From: Myxococcales bacterium
GTDB lineage: Bacteria; Myxococcota_A; UBA9042; JABWCM01; BTVJ01
Direction of reading: 5' to 3'
DNA length: 64,000 nucleotides
Assembly (NCBI GenBank): GCA_045863395.1
Contig: BTVJ01000007.1
Coordinates: forward strand, 118,668 to 182,667
Shown here: positions 17,337-26,230 of the stretch, in pieces
Layout: the number at the start of each line of letters is the position of its first letter
Position numbering within the stretch: position 1 is the first letter of the stretch
Made by a program: the position numbers and the translations under genes
The notes under the pieces: generated by a model
The model's database searches: none
What the model was told of the DNA's origin: nothing
The model's input: only the letters and a program-made list of their open reading frames with translations

Positions 17337-19553
17337 GTGACCGAGGAGACCACCGGCGAGGCCGCGAGGGCGTCTACGTGGCGCAGGGGAGGGCCGGCCC
17401 TCCACGTGCTCGCCTTTGGCGCGGGAGCGGCCCTCCTGTTGCTGTGGGCCGGCTGGGGAGCGCTCGGCGACGCCCGGACCTACGGCGGGCCCAACGACGA
17501 CATCCGGCGGTACTTCGCCCCCCACTACGCCTTCGTCCGCGACGCGCTGCTCGACGGGCGGCTCCCCCTCTGGAACCCGCACGTGTTCACAGGCCAGCCG
17601 GAGCTCGCGTCGGGGCAGTCCGGCGTGCTCTACCCGCCACAGCTCGCCGTTCTGCCGGCCCTCGGCGTGACCGCCTGGATCGAGCTGGGGCTACTCCTGC
17701 ACCTGTGGCTGCTGGCCGTGGCGGGGTACGCCCTGGCGACCCGGTGGCTCCAGGCGCGCGGGGAGTCGGCCCCCATCGGGGCGGCGCTGGCCGGCCTTGG
17801 CGTCGCGCTCTCGGGCTTCTCCATGGGCCGGCTCGCCGGAGGCCACCTGAGCCTGCTCCACGCGCTGCCGTGGCTCGTGCTCGTGCTCGCGGCCGGCATC
17901 GGCGTCGTGGCGCGGGCGTCCCGTGGGTCGGGCGCTGCGATGGCGGTCTCGATGGCGTTGGCGATCACCGCCGGCGGGATGCAGCTCGCGCCCCTGTTCG
18001 CGCCCGTGGCCATCTTCCTCTGGACCACCGTGCCCCTCGCGCGAGGAGCGGTCCGTCGCGTCGCCGGGTGGGGGCTCATCGGCCTGGCGCTGGCAGGGGC
18101 GCAGGCAGTCCCATCCCTGGAACTCGCGGCCCACGCGGCTCGTGCGCATCAGCCGCTCGAGGGCATCGCCGAGCTGTTCTCACTTCGCTGGGAGCACCTC
18201 CCTGGGCTGCTCCTTCCCCACTGGGTCCGCACGGTCCAGCCCCACGGCTTCTGGGAGCTGGACGGCTTCGTCGGTGCCCCCATCGTCGCGCTGGCGGTGA
18301 TGCCCGCCCTCGTCGGGCCCCACCGGGGGGCCGCCCGGGTGCTCTGGGCCGGCGTGCTGCTCCTCGTGCTCCTGGCGTCGGCTCCGCTGGCGCCCGTGCT
18401 CGGCAACCTGCCGGGGTTCCACCTCCTGAGAGTGCCGGCCCGCCTGCTGGTCGGCCCGGCCATCATCCTGCCGCTGCTCGCTGCGCTCGGCCTGGCCCTC
18501 GTCGCGCGGGGCGGGTCCGCCCGCACGACGGCTGCCGCGGCGCTCACGACGGTCATGGCGCTGGTCGTCGCGCTGGGGGCGTGGGTGGAGACCCGGCTCG
18601 CGGTCCCCACGCTGCTCGCCGCCGCCGTCGCGGCCGCGGCCCTGGCGCTGCGCCGCCTTCCCCCGATGGCCGCGGTCGTCGTCGCAGCCCTCTGCGCCGC
18701 TGCGCCGCTGATCGCGAGCGCCGAGGATCCTCTCCGCGGGAGCCCCGTCGAGGAGCTCGGTGCGCCGCGCCCCACCTCGCTGGTGCCCGGGGCGGGACGG
18801 CGACTCGTCGGCGAGGGGGGCTGGAACCTGGGCATGGTCGAAGGGTGGCGGAACCTGGGGGGATACGAGCCGGCCCTCACGTGGCGAGCGGCGCTGCTCG
18901 TCAGAGCGCTCGACACGGGAGACCCGGCGGGCGCCTGGATGGACCTCGGGCTCCTGTGGCCTGTCCGCGCCCCGTCCCGCCCCGACCTGGGCCTGCGCTT
19001 CGGCTTGTCGCCAGAGGACGTCCTGCCCTCGGCGGAGTCGCCCGCCACCGCTCGCATGGCGCCCACCCGGGTCGCGCTGGCCGGGTGCGCGGTGTCCGTC
19101 CCGGGTACCGAGGAGGCCCTGGCGGCGGCCCTGGAGCTCCCCCGCCACGTCATCGCAGTGGAGGGAGAGGGGCTCCCCTGCGCCGGCGACTCCTCTGGCG
19201 ACGTGGGCCCCACACTGGGCCCCGTCCGGGTCCTCGTCGACGACCCGGAGAGGATCGTCGTGGAGGCAGTCGTCCCACAGGCAGCGCTCCTCGTCGTGCC
19301 GGACCTCCCATTCCCCGGGTGGGAGGCCCGCGTCGATGACCTCTCCGCGCCGATCCTCCCGGCCGATGGGGCGGGTCGGGCGATCCTCCTGTCCGCGGGC
19401 GAGCACCGCGTCGAGCTGCGGTATCGTCCCCTCAGCCTGCGGGTGGGGGCCGCCCTCTCCGCCGGGGGCCTCGTGGCGCTCCTGGTCGCGTGGCTGCTCC
19501 CCTCCGGCGTGGCGGCGGCAAGGCGCCTGGCCACGCGGTCACACCGGACGTGA
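17337..19553 (+). CDS. YfhO-family (GT-C fold) membrane glycosyltransferase-like protein
   Basis: GRLPLWNPHVFTGQP, many TM segments, LRVPAR, FPGWEARVD, GEHRVELRYRP C-terminus. Confidence 0.8.
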   Translation: MTEETTGEAARASTWRRGGPALHVLAFGAGAALLLLWAGWGALGDARTYGGPNDDIRRYFAPHYAFVRDALLDGRLPLWNPHVFTGQPELASGQSGVLYPPQLAVLPALGVTAWIELGLLLHLWLLAVAGYALATRWLQARGESAPIGAALAGLGVALSGFSMGRLAGGHLSLLHALPWLVLVLAAGIGVVARASRGSGAAMAVSMALAITAGGMQLAPLFAPVAIFLWTTVPLARGAVRRVAGWGLIGLALAGAQAVPSLELAAHAARAHQPLEGIAELFSLRWEHLPGLLLPHWVRTVQPHGFWELDGFVGAPIVALAVMPALVGPHRGAARVLWAGVLLLVLLASAPLAPVLGNLPGFHLLRVPARLLVGPAIILPLLAALGLALVARGGSARTTAAAALTTVMALVVALGAWVETRLAVPTLLAAAVAAAALALRRLPPMAAVVVAALCAAAPLIASAEDPLRGSPVEELGAPRPTSLVPGAGRRLVGEGGWNLGMVEGWRNLGGYEPALTWRAALLVRALDTGDPAGAWMDLGLLWPVRAPSRPDLGLRFGLSPEDVLPSAESPATARMAPTRVALAGCAVSVPGTEEALAAALELPRHVIAVEGEGLPCAGDSSGDVGPTLGPVRVLVDDPERIVVEAVVPQAALLVVPDLPFPGWEARVDDLSAPILPADGAGRAILLSAGEHRVELRYRPLSLRVGAALSAGGLVALLVAWLLPSGVAAARRLATRSHRT

Positions 19554-19556
19554 CCC

Positions 19557-20180
19557 TCACGAGGTCCGTCGCGCCAGGCCCGCCCCGCCGCCCATGCTGC
19601 GGCGCCACGCGTACAGGCCGCGGGCCGCGAGGCAGAGGAAGATGACGTACAGGCCCGCGGTGAGCGCCAGGTCCTTGGCCAGGTAGATACCCACCGAGAG
19701 GACGTCCACGGCGATCCAGAGGGCCCAGCTCTCCAGGACCTTGCGCGCGAGCAGGTACTGCGCCGTCAGGGAGAGCGCGGTGGTGGTGGCGTCCCAATAG
19801 GGAAGCGAAGCGTCGGTCCATCGCACCAGCGCCGCGCCCATGACGGCCGCCGTCGTCACCGTCAGGGTGCCCAGCAGTGCCGCGAGCCGCGGCGTGATCC
19901 GGGTCACCGGGAGCGCCGCCCGTTGCTCCCCCGGGTGGAGCCAGCGCCACCACCCGTAGATGGACAGCGCCACGTAGACCACCTGGAGGCCGGCGTCCGC
20001 GTAGAGCCTCACCTCCATGAACAGCGCCAGGAAGAGCGCGGCGTTCAGGATCCCCATCGGCCAGCACCAGAGGCTCTGCCGCGTGGTGAGCCACACGCAC
20101 AGGAGGCCTGTCAAGGCCCCTGCGGCCTCGAGCCACGACATGCCGCTCAATAGATCGACCGCGGCGTCCAGCCACGCCAT
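19557..20180 (-). CDS. pnuC: PnuC-family nicotinamide riboside / vitamin transporter
   Basis: LYADAGLQVVY, YGWWRW, PYWDATTTALSLTAQYLLARKVLESWALWIAVD. Confidence 0.9.
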   Translation of the reverse strand: MAWLDAAVDLLSGMSWLEAAGALTGLLCVWLTTRQSLWCWPMGILNAALFLALFMEVRLYADAGLQVVYVALSIYGWWRWLHPGEQRAALPVTRITPRLAALLGTLTVTTAAVMGAALVRWTDASLPYWDATTTALSLTAQYLLARKVLESWALWIAVDVLSVGIYLAKDLALTAGLYVIFLCLAARGLYAWRRSMGGGAGLARRTS

Positions 20181-20184
20181 GAGG

Positions 20185-20910
20185 CTACCTCTTCGGGCAC
20201 TCCACCGAGACCCCGAGGGCCCAGAGCGGCAGATCGAGGGCGAGCACGAGCCCTGGCACGTCCCCGGACAGCGTGATGGACACCGGAACGTGGCGCGCGA
20301 TGCCCTCCTCCATGCCCTTGCGCGGCCTGTCGTAGCGCTCGTCATCGGCGAGCGGGAAGCGCAGCGCCTTGCCAGGCTTCGCCGCCAGGGTCCGCGCCGT
20401 GGAGCCCGGCTTGCCGTAGCAGCCCTCGTAGTGGACGGTCACCGACACGGGGGCGCCCAGGTCCTCCTTCAGGGTCACGACCAGCGCGCCCTTCTGCACC
20501 TTCGCGGTGAGCCCGTCCCAGGCCGCCGCCGCCGTCACGTGCATGGCCGCCAGCCCGCGACCGACCCGCTCCACGCGGATGCCGTCCCGCCCCTCCACCC
20601 AGTCGCTGCGCATCTGCATCATGGGGCACTCGGGATCGTATTTCAGGGGCGCCGCAGTGTCTTGGGCCTCGCGCCCTGTGACGCTCACCGCCCTCTTCTG
20701 GAGCGCCTCCAGCGCCACGTCGCTCCCCACCACCCGCGTGAAGCCCACCTCCGGGTGGGGGTTCACCCACTCCACCCTGCCGTCGACGCACTGCTTGTCC
20801 GCCTGCTCGGTCAGGAAGCCCAGTACACGCACCGGCTTGGGCTCCGCTCCGGCGCTGGCTCCCGCCCCCCAAGATGTCGCCACCCCCACCGCGATCCACC
20901 ACGCTCTCAT
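20185..20910 (-). CDS. Hypothetical secreted protein
   Basis: GAGGAG RBS, signal-peptide-like N-terminus, coding-like composition, operon spacing. Confidence 0.65.
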   Translation of the reverse strand: MRAWWIAVGVATSWGAGASAGAEPKPVRVLGFLTEQADKQCVDGRVEWVNPHPEVGFTRVVGSDVALEALQKRAVSVTGREAQDTAAPLKYDPECPMMQMRSDWVEGRDGIRVERVGRGLAAMHVTAAAAWDGLTAKVQKGALVVTLKEDLGAPVSVTVHYEGCYGKPGSTARTLAAKPGKALRFPLADDERYDRPRKGMEEGIARHVPVSITLSGDVPGLVLALDLPLWALGVSVECPKR

Positions 20911-20947
20911 GGGCTCCTCCTCGGGCTCTGTCCCTGAAGCCTCAGAC

Positions 20948-23900
20948 CTACTTGCCCACCCGCGGCTCCGTGAGCTGCACGAGGCCGCGACCCGGGTAGT
21001 AGAAGGCGGGCAGGAACGGCTTGCTGTCCTCGAACTGGTCGCTCGTGATCCACCCTCGGTCCCGCAGCCGCGTCATGATGTGCTGCATGCGGTGCTGCCA
21101 GCGGGCGTCGAGGCCTCCGGCCTTCCATTGGGCGTAGCCGCACTTGGGGCAGGGCTTGAGGCCCATCAGGAACGCGGTCTCCAGCGGGGTCAGGTCCTGC
21201 GCCCGCTTGTCGAAGTAGTGGCGCGCGGCCCGGGTGATGCCCCAGATCTCCGGCCCGTACTCGATGCAGTTCAGGTAGAGCTCCAGGATGCGCTCCTTCG
21301 GTACGCGCTGCTCCATGTACCAGGTGATGATCGCCTCCTCCGCCTTGCGGGACAGCGTCTTCTCCCGCGAGAGGAACAGGTTCTTCACGAGCTGCTGGGA
21401 GATCGTGCTGCCGCCGTAGACATAGCGCCCGTAGTCCAGGTCCATCTTGACGGCGCGCTTGATCAGGTTGAGGCGGAAGCCGTTGTGGTCGTAGAAGGCG
21501 AGGTCCTCCGTGGCGATGGCGCCCCACCCCACGTACTCGGGCAGCGACTTGAGGCGGGTGAACGACCGCGTGCCCGGCCCCACCTTGGTGTTCAGGTCCT
21601 GGCCGTTGACCACCACGTCGTTGACATAGCCGCGGCTGTTGAGGGCGTCGATGTCCATGTCCGCGCTGAACGTGACCACGGAGCAGCTCTTCAGGTCACC
21701 GTCCAGGTCGAGCTTGAACGTGTAGCTGTCGCGCAGGTCGATCCACGCCTTCAGGTCGAACCAGATGATCCCCTTGGTGGTCAGGCCGCCGAGGCGCGGG
21801 ATCAGCGCCTTCGGGATGGAGCGCGCCACCGCCGCGCAGTCCTGCTTCGGCATGGCGACGTGCAGGTCCAGCTCGGGCACCCCCGACGCTCGCTTGACCC
21901 TGGCCGTGGCCTTGATCTCCGCCTCGCCGAAGCGCAGCCGCGGGATGTCGACGTCCAGCGTGTCCTTCGTCCGGTCGTAGGCCCCCTTGAAGTCCAGTTC
22001 CAGGGTGAGCCCCGTCACGGGCGAGTGGGCGATGCGCCAGAAGTCGATGCCCAGGTCCCGAGCGCCGATGCGGCCGGTCACCACCGGGCGCTCGGGGTCG
22101 GTCGGGTCGAGGTGCAGCTCGAAGCTCACCTCGGAGGTCGGCACGACGTGGATCTTCTCCGAGAGCTGCGCGAGCATCTGCGCCAGGCGGCGGCCGCTGG
22201 TCGAGACGTCCAGGGACGTGAGGCGCCGCTGGGAGTCCACGCTGCCCGCGATGCGCAGCGCCGTCGTGTGGGCCCGCTCCTCCGTGACGTGCGTCTCCAG
22301 GTCGAAGCGGAGCGCCCCTGGGAGCTCTCCCGGCGCCAGCACCGCGTCGACGCCGCTGAGGCGCACGGTCTCGCGCCGGTCCCCCCGGCTGCGCAGCACG
22401 AGCTCTCCTTCATCGACGCGGAGGTCGAGCAGGCTCAGGCGGTCCAGCAGAGCGCCCAGGGCAGGGCGGCCGTTGGCGGACATTCCGTTGGGAGGCATGG
22501 GGTTCGCCGGCTTCCCCTTGGGTGGCTTCGGCGTGGCCGGCCCCCCCTTCACCCCGGCCCTCTTCGCGCCCGTCGCGGGAGGAGCGACCTGGTCTTGTGG
22601 CTCTGCGCCGGGGTCCACCGTGTCCTCGTCGTCGAGCAGCGCCATGAGCGAGCCCCACGGACCATCGTCTCCCAGGAGGCCCTCGGGCTCCTCCAGCTCG
22701 ACGCGGGGGTGGCCGAGGCGCAGTCGGCGCACGGCGCTCACCGGGTCCGACAGGCGGAGCCCCGCCAGGCGCACGTCCAGTGTGGCGGCGCTCAGGCGCG
22801 GCAGGCCACCCGGCGCTCGGGCGTCCAGGTCCGTGACCAGCGCGTGCTCGATGCGCTCGAGCAGCTCCTCCGGGCTCCCGCCGCCCGCGCGAAGGGTCAG
22901 CGTCGCCTTGCCCGCCTTGGCGCTGGCCCCGTCCCCGGCGGCGCTCAGGCCCTCGACCTCCAGGCGGGTCGCCCGCGCGAGGAGGGCCGCGGCCATCTCC
23001 TTGGGGCTCCCGCCCGACTCCCCCTCCGCCGCCTCGGAGAGCTTCAGCTCCACGAGCGAAGCCCGAGCGGTGCGCCCCCCGAGCGCCACGTCCACGCTCT
23101 TCGCCGTGATGGAGCCGATGTCCGCGGGGCGGGGCACGAGGCCCCCGCGCAGGTCGACGCTCACCTCCGCCGCCGAGAGGAGGCGCTGCCCCCCATCCGG
23201 TGAGAGGAGCTCGAGGCTCGTCACCCCGACGTGCTCGCCCGAGCGCAGCACGAGCCCCGAGATGCGCACGCGCGGGGCCTCGGGCCTCAGGGGCGGCAGG
23301 TCCAGAGGCGCGTCCAGGAATGCCTCCAGGTCGAGCGTCGGCGCGTCGCCCCGCGTCACCCGCGCCGACACCCGGAACCCGACACGCCGAGTGCCTGGCA
23401 CCGACCCCTGGAGGGTGGCGACCAGGGCGCTCGGCTCGGCCTCGACGGTCCCCGTCAGGTGCTCCACGGTCACGCGCGCCGTTCCGCCAAGGGGCGGGGT
23501 GTCCGTGACGGTCGCGTGGACCGTCGCGTCCTCCAGGACCAGCCGCGGGAGCCTCCCCCCGTCGGTGCCACCCTGCCGCTTGCCCCTGCCAAGGGCCTCG
23601 CGCAGCTCATCCAGCTCGGCGAGGCGCCCGCCGCGAACGGTCACCCCCGCCCAGAGCCCGCGCAGGACCACCTCGTCAGGGCGGCGGCTCCCCGACAGGA
23701 CGGCGGCCACGTCGAAGCGCGCCGTCAGCCGCTCGATGCCTGCGGAGATTCGGCCCGGCTCGCCCGGGGCCGAGACCCGCAGCCCGTGGAGCTCCAGCGT
23801 GCCGTCGAGCCCGAGGCGCACGTCATCGACGACGACCGTGCGCCGGGTTCGCCGGCCCACCTCCTGGAGCCGCTCCAGGACCTCCAGGCGCGCGAGGTGG

Positions 23901-23998
23901 AGCAGGGCGACGAACGCGAGGGTGGCGACCGCCGCAAGCGTCAGCAGCGTGAGCCCGATGCCCACGAGCCACCGGCGGACCCGCTGCTCGCGGCGCAT
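20948..23998 (-). CDS. Monofunctional peptidoglycan transglycosylase (GT51) fused to a long AsmA-like N-terminal region
   Basis: N-terminal TM; C-terminal EDLAFYDHNG, GGSTISQQLVKNLFL, RKAEE, KERILELYLN; no transpeptidase domain. Confidence 0.85.
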   Translation of the reverse strand: MRREQRVRRWLVGIGLTLLTLAAVATLAFVALLHLARLEVLERLQEVGRRTRRTVVVDDVRLGLDGTLELHGLRVSAPGEPGRISAGIERLTARFDVAAVLSGSRRPDEVVLRGLWAGVTVRGGRLAELDELREALGRGKRQGGTDGGRLPRLVLEDATVHATVTDTPPLGGTARVTVEHLTGTVEAEPSALVATLQGSVPGTRRVGFRVSARVTRGDAPTLDLEAFLDAPLDLPPLRPEAPRVRISGLVLRSGEHVGVTSLELLSPDGGQRLLSAAEVSVDLRGGLVPRPADIGSITAKSVDVALGGRTARASLVELKLSEAAEGESGGSPKEMAAALLARATRLEVEGLSAAGDGASAKAGKATLTLRAGGGSPEELLERIEHALVTDLDARAPGGLPRLSAATLDVRLAGLRLSDPVSAVRRLRLGHPRVELEEPEGLLGDDGPWGSLMALLDDEDTVDPGAEPQDQVAPPATGAKRAGVKGGPATPKPPKGKPANPMPPNGMSANGRPALGALLDRLSLLDLRVDEGELVLRSRGDRRETVRLSGVDAVLAPGELPGALRFDLETHVTEERAHTTALRIAGSVDSQRRLTSLDVSTSGRRLAQMLAQLSEKIHVVPTSEVSFELHLDPTDPERPVVTGRIGARDLGIDFWRIAHSPVTGLTLELDFKGAYDRTKDTLDVDIPRLRFGEAEIKATARVKRASGVPELDLHVAMPKQDCAAVARSIPKALIPRLGGLTTKGIIWFDLKAWIDLRDSYTFKLDLDGDLKSCSVVTFSADMDIDALNSRGYVNDVVVNGQDLNTKVGPGTRSFTRLKSLPEYVGWGAIATEDLAFYDHNGFRLNLIKRAVKMDLDYGRYVYGGSTISQQLVKNLFLSREKTLSRKAEEAIITWYMEQRVPKERILELYLNCIEYGPEIWGITRAARHYFDKRAQDLTPLETAFLMGLKPCPKCGYAQWKAGGLDARWQHRMQHIMTRLRDRGWITSDQFEDSKPFLPAFYYPGRGLVQLTEPRVGK

Positions 23999-24057
23999 GA
24001 AGAACACGGTGCCGGCGCGAGGCTCTGCGTCCGGGCGTGGGGCCTTGAGAGGGGCGG

Positions 24058-26172
24058 TCATCGTCGGGGGCGCCGCCAGAGCAGCAGGGCGAGGAGCGGC
24101 GCAAGCGACGCAGGACCCGGCGCCGCCCCGCACCCGCCCGTGGTCTCCCAGGTGCGCCCCACCTCCTTGACTGGGCCGCCGGGGCTCCAGGGGGCGACGT
24201 CCTCGCCCGCCTCGCCCCCTGCGTCAGGTGCGTCCAGGCAGGGCAGGGCGCTCCACGCGCCGCCGCAGCAGTAGCCGGACGACACGGTCTGGCCGCCACA
24301 GATGCACACGTCCTTCAGGAACGGTCCCTGGGCGCAGGCGAGGGCGTCCGGGTCGATGGTGAAGTCGCGGGGGCCGGCGATGTTGTTGGCCTCGCTGGTC
24401 TCCTGCACCTGCTTGAGCGTGTCGATGACCAGCCAGGACTTGTAGGTGCCCCCCGGGGCGCCGTTCAACGCGAAGGACACCGACGTCTCCTCCCCGGGCA
24501 GCAGCAGCTCCACCGTCCGGAAGGCATCCCCGCGCTCCCCGATCAGTGGCTGCAGGGGCAGGTCGTAGATCACGTCGGCGTCGAAGGGGCCCGCGGGCAC
24601 GTCGCCCGCGTTGCGCACGGTCGCCAGGTAGAGCACGTCGTTGCCGGTCACCTTGGCCGCGAAGGTCAGGATCTCGACGTCCGGCCCCGTCACGGGCACC
24701 ACGACGACGTCCAGGGGGCCCGCCGCGTTGTTCTTCTCGTCGCTCTCGCCGATGAGGTTCAGCGCGTCCACCACGGCCCAGGAGCGCCACTGTCCCACGT
24801 CCGCCGCCGCCCACGTGAGCTCGTAGACGGCCGCTGCTCCCGGGGCGAGGCCCACGGGCTCCTGGACGTAGTCGCCCTCGGGGATCTGGCCGATGAGCAC
24901 GTTGGGCTTGTACTCGGAGTCGTAGAACACGTCCACGTCGAAGGGGCCGGTCGATGCGGTCCCGCCGTTGGTGATCTGCACGGTGTACTTGACGTCGGCG
25001 CCGAAGACCAGCGCCTCGAAGGCCGTGACCTGCAGGTCGGGCGCCGGCCCCGGGAGCTGCACGTAGACGGTGATGGGCCCGATGACGTTGTTCTGCTCGT
25101 TCAGCTCGTCCGCCGCGTCACCGACGTCCAGCAGGACCCAGGCGTGGTGCGTGCCGGTGGGCGCGTCCTCCCAGCCGATGAGCACGGTCTCTGCCTCGCC
25201 GGCGCCGAGCGGCGGGACCAGCGCCTCCCGGTAGTCGTAGGCGGTGAACGTGAGCGGCGTGGGCGGGGTGTCCGAGTCGAGCACCACCACGGCCTTCGTC
25301 GGGGGACAGGGCGACTGGCCCACGTTGCGCACGTCCATCGTGAAGGTCACCGCCGTGCCCATGGTCGTCACGTCCAGCCCGCCCAGGTAGACGTCCGGCT
25401 GGAGCTCCTCCACGGTGCCGACCTCCACGGTCAGGGGGCCGAAGACGTTGTTTGCCTCGTCGGGCTCGGCCACGAAGTCGAGGGAGTCGGCGAGGGCCCA
25501 GGAGGTGTATGTGCCTGCGGTGAGGGCGATGGGCGGCAGGTCGACGACCGCCGTCACGCCCGGTCCCAGGGGGGCGATCCAGACGAACTGTTGCCCCTCG
25601 TCGCCTACCTCCGGGGGGCTGTCTCGGTCCACGAAGAGGTCCACGACGAAGGTGTCCGACTGCACCGTGCCGGCGTTGCGGACCCGGACCTCGTAGAGCG
25701 CCACGTCGTCGTAGACCTTCACCGAGAGCTTCTCGAGCACGATGTCGGCCCCCGGCGGGGCGATGCTGACGGGGACGATGACGAGGTTGTCTGCCTCGTT
25801 GCCCTCCTTGACGATCCCGCAGGAGTCCACGAACACGGTGCCGACGTGTGGCTCCGTGTCCACGTACAGCACGGTGAGCTGCACGACCTCGCTGGCCTTC
25901 GCCGGAAGGCTGGGGATGAACGCCTCCGCGATGCTGGTGCTCGTGGGCGTGGGGGGGCCGACCAGGTCCCAGAACAGGTCGACGCACACGGTGGAGGCGT
26001 CCTGATCCCCGTCGTTGCGGACCGTCGCGGTGAGGACCACCGTGTAGAGCCCGCCCTCGGACGGGGTGGCCTCCCACGTGACGTCCGCCGTCAGCTCCGG
26101 GGACGCCAGGGCGGGCGTCGCCGCCATCACGCAGGCGACCGCTGCGGCACGGAGCAGGGCTGTGGGGTGCAT
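24058..26172 (-). CDS. CARDB-repeat (x5) surface protein with MYXO-CTERM-like tail
   Basis: Five repeats with V.N.G and E..E.NN motifs; C-terminus GGCGAAPGPASLAPLLALLLWRRPRR. Confidence 0.85.
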   Translation of the reverse strand: MHPTALLRAAAVACVMAATPALASPELTADVTWEATPSEGGLYTVVLTATVRNDGDQDASTVCVDLFWDLVGPPTPTSTSIAEAFIPSLPAKASEVVQLTVLYVDTEPHVGTVFVDSCGIVKEGNEADNLVIVPVSIAPPGADIVLEKLSVKVYDDVALYEVRVRNAGTVQSDTFVVDLFVDRDSPPEVGDEGQQFVWIAPLGPGVTAVVDLPPIALTAGTYTSWALADSLDFVAEPDEANNVFGPLTVEVGTVEELQPDVYLGGLDVTTMGTAVTFTMDVRNVGQSPCPPTKAVVVLDSDTPPTPLTFTAYDYREALVPPLGAGEAETVLIGWEDAPTGTHHAWVLLDVGDAADELNEQNNVIGPITVYVQLPGPAPDLQVTAFEALVFGADVKYTVQITNGGTASTGPFDVDVFYDSEYKPNVLIGQIPEGDYVQEPVGLAPGAAAVYELTWAAADVGQWRSWAVVDALNLIGESDEKNNAAGPLDVVVVPVTGPDVEILTFAAKVTGNDVLYLATVRNAGDVPAGPFDADVIYDLPLQPLIGERGDAFRTVELLLPGEETSVSFALNGAPGGTYKSWLVIDTLKQVQETSEANNIAGPRDFTIDPDALACAQGPFLKDVCICGGQTVSSGYCCGGAWSALPCLDAPDAGGEAGEDVAPWSPGGPVKEVGRTWETTGGCGAAPGPASLAPLLALLLWRRPRR

Positions 26173-26230
26173 GGGGGCCTCCTGGGCGCTCACTCCTCGG
26201 AGGAGGTGGAGCTCGGGCATTGTAGCCGCG

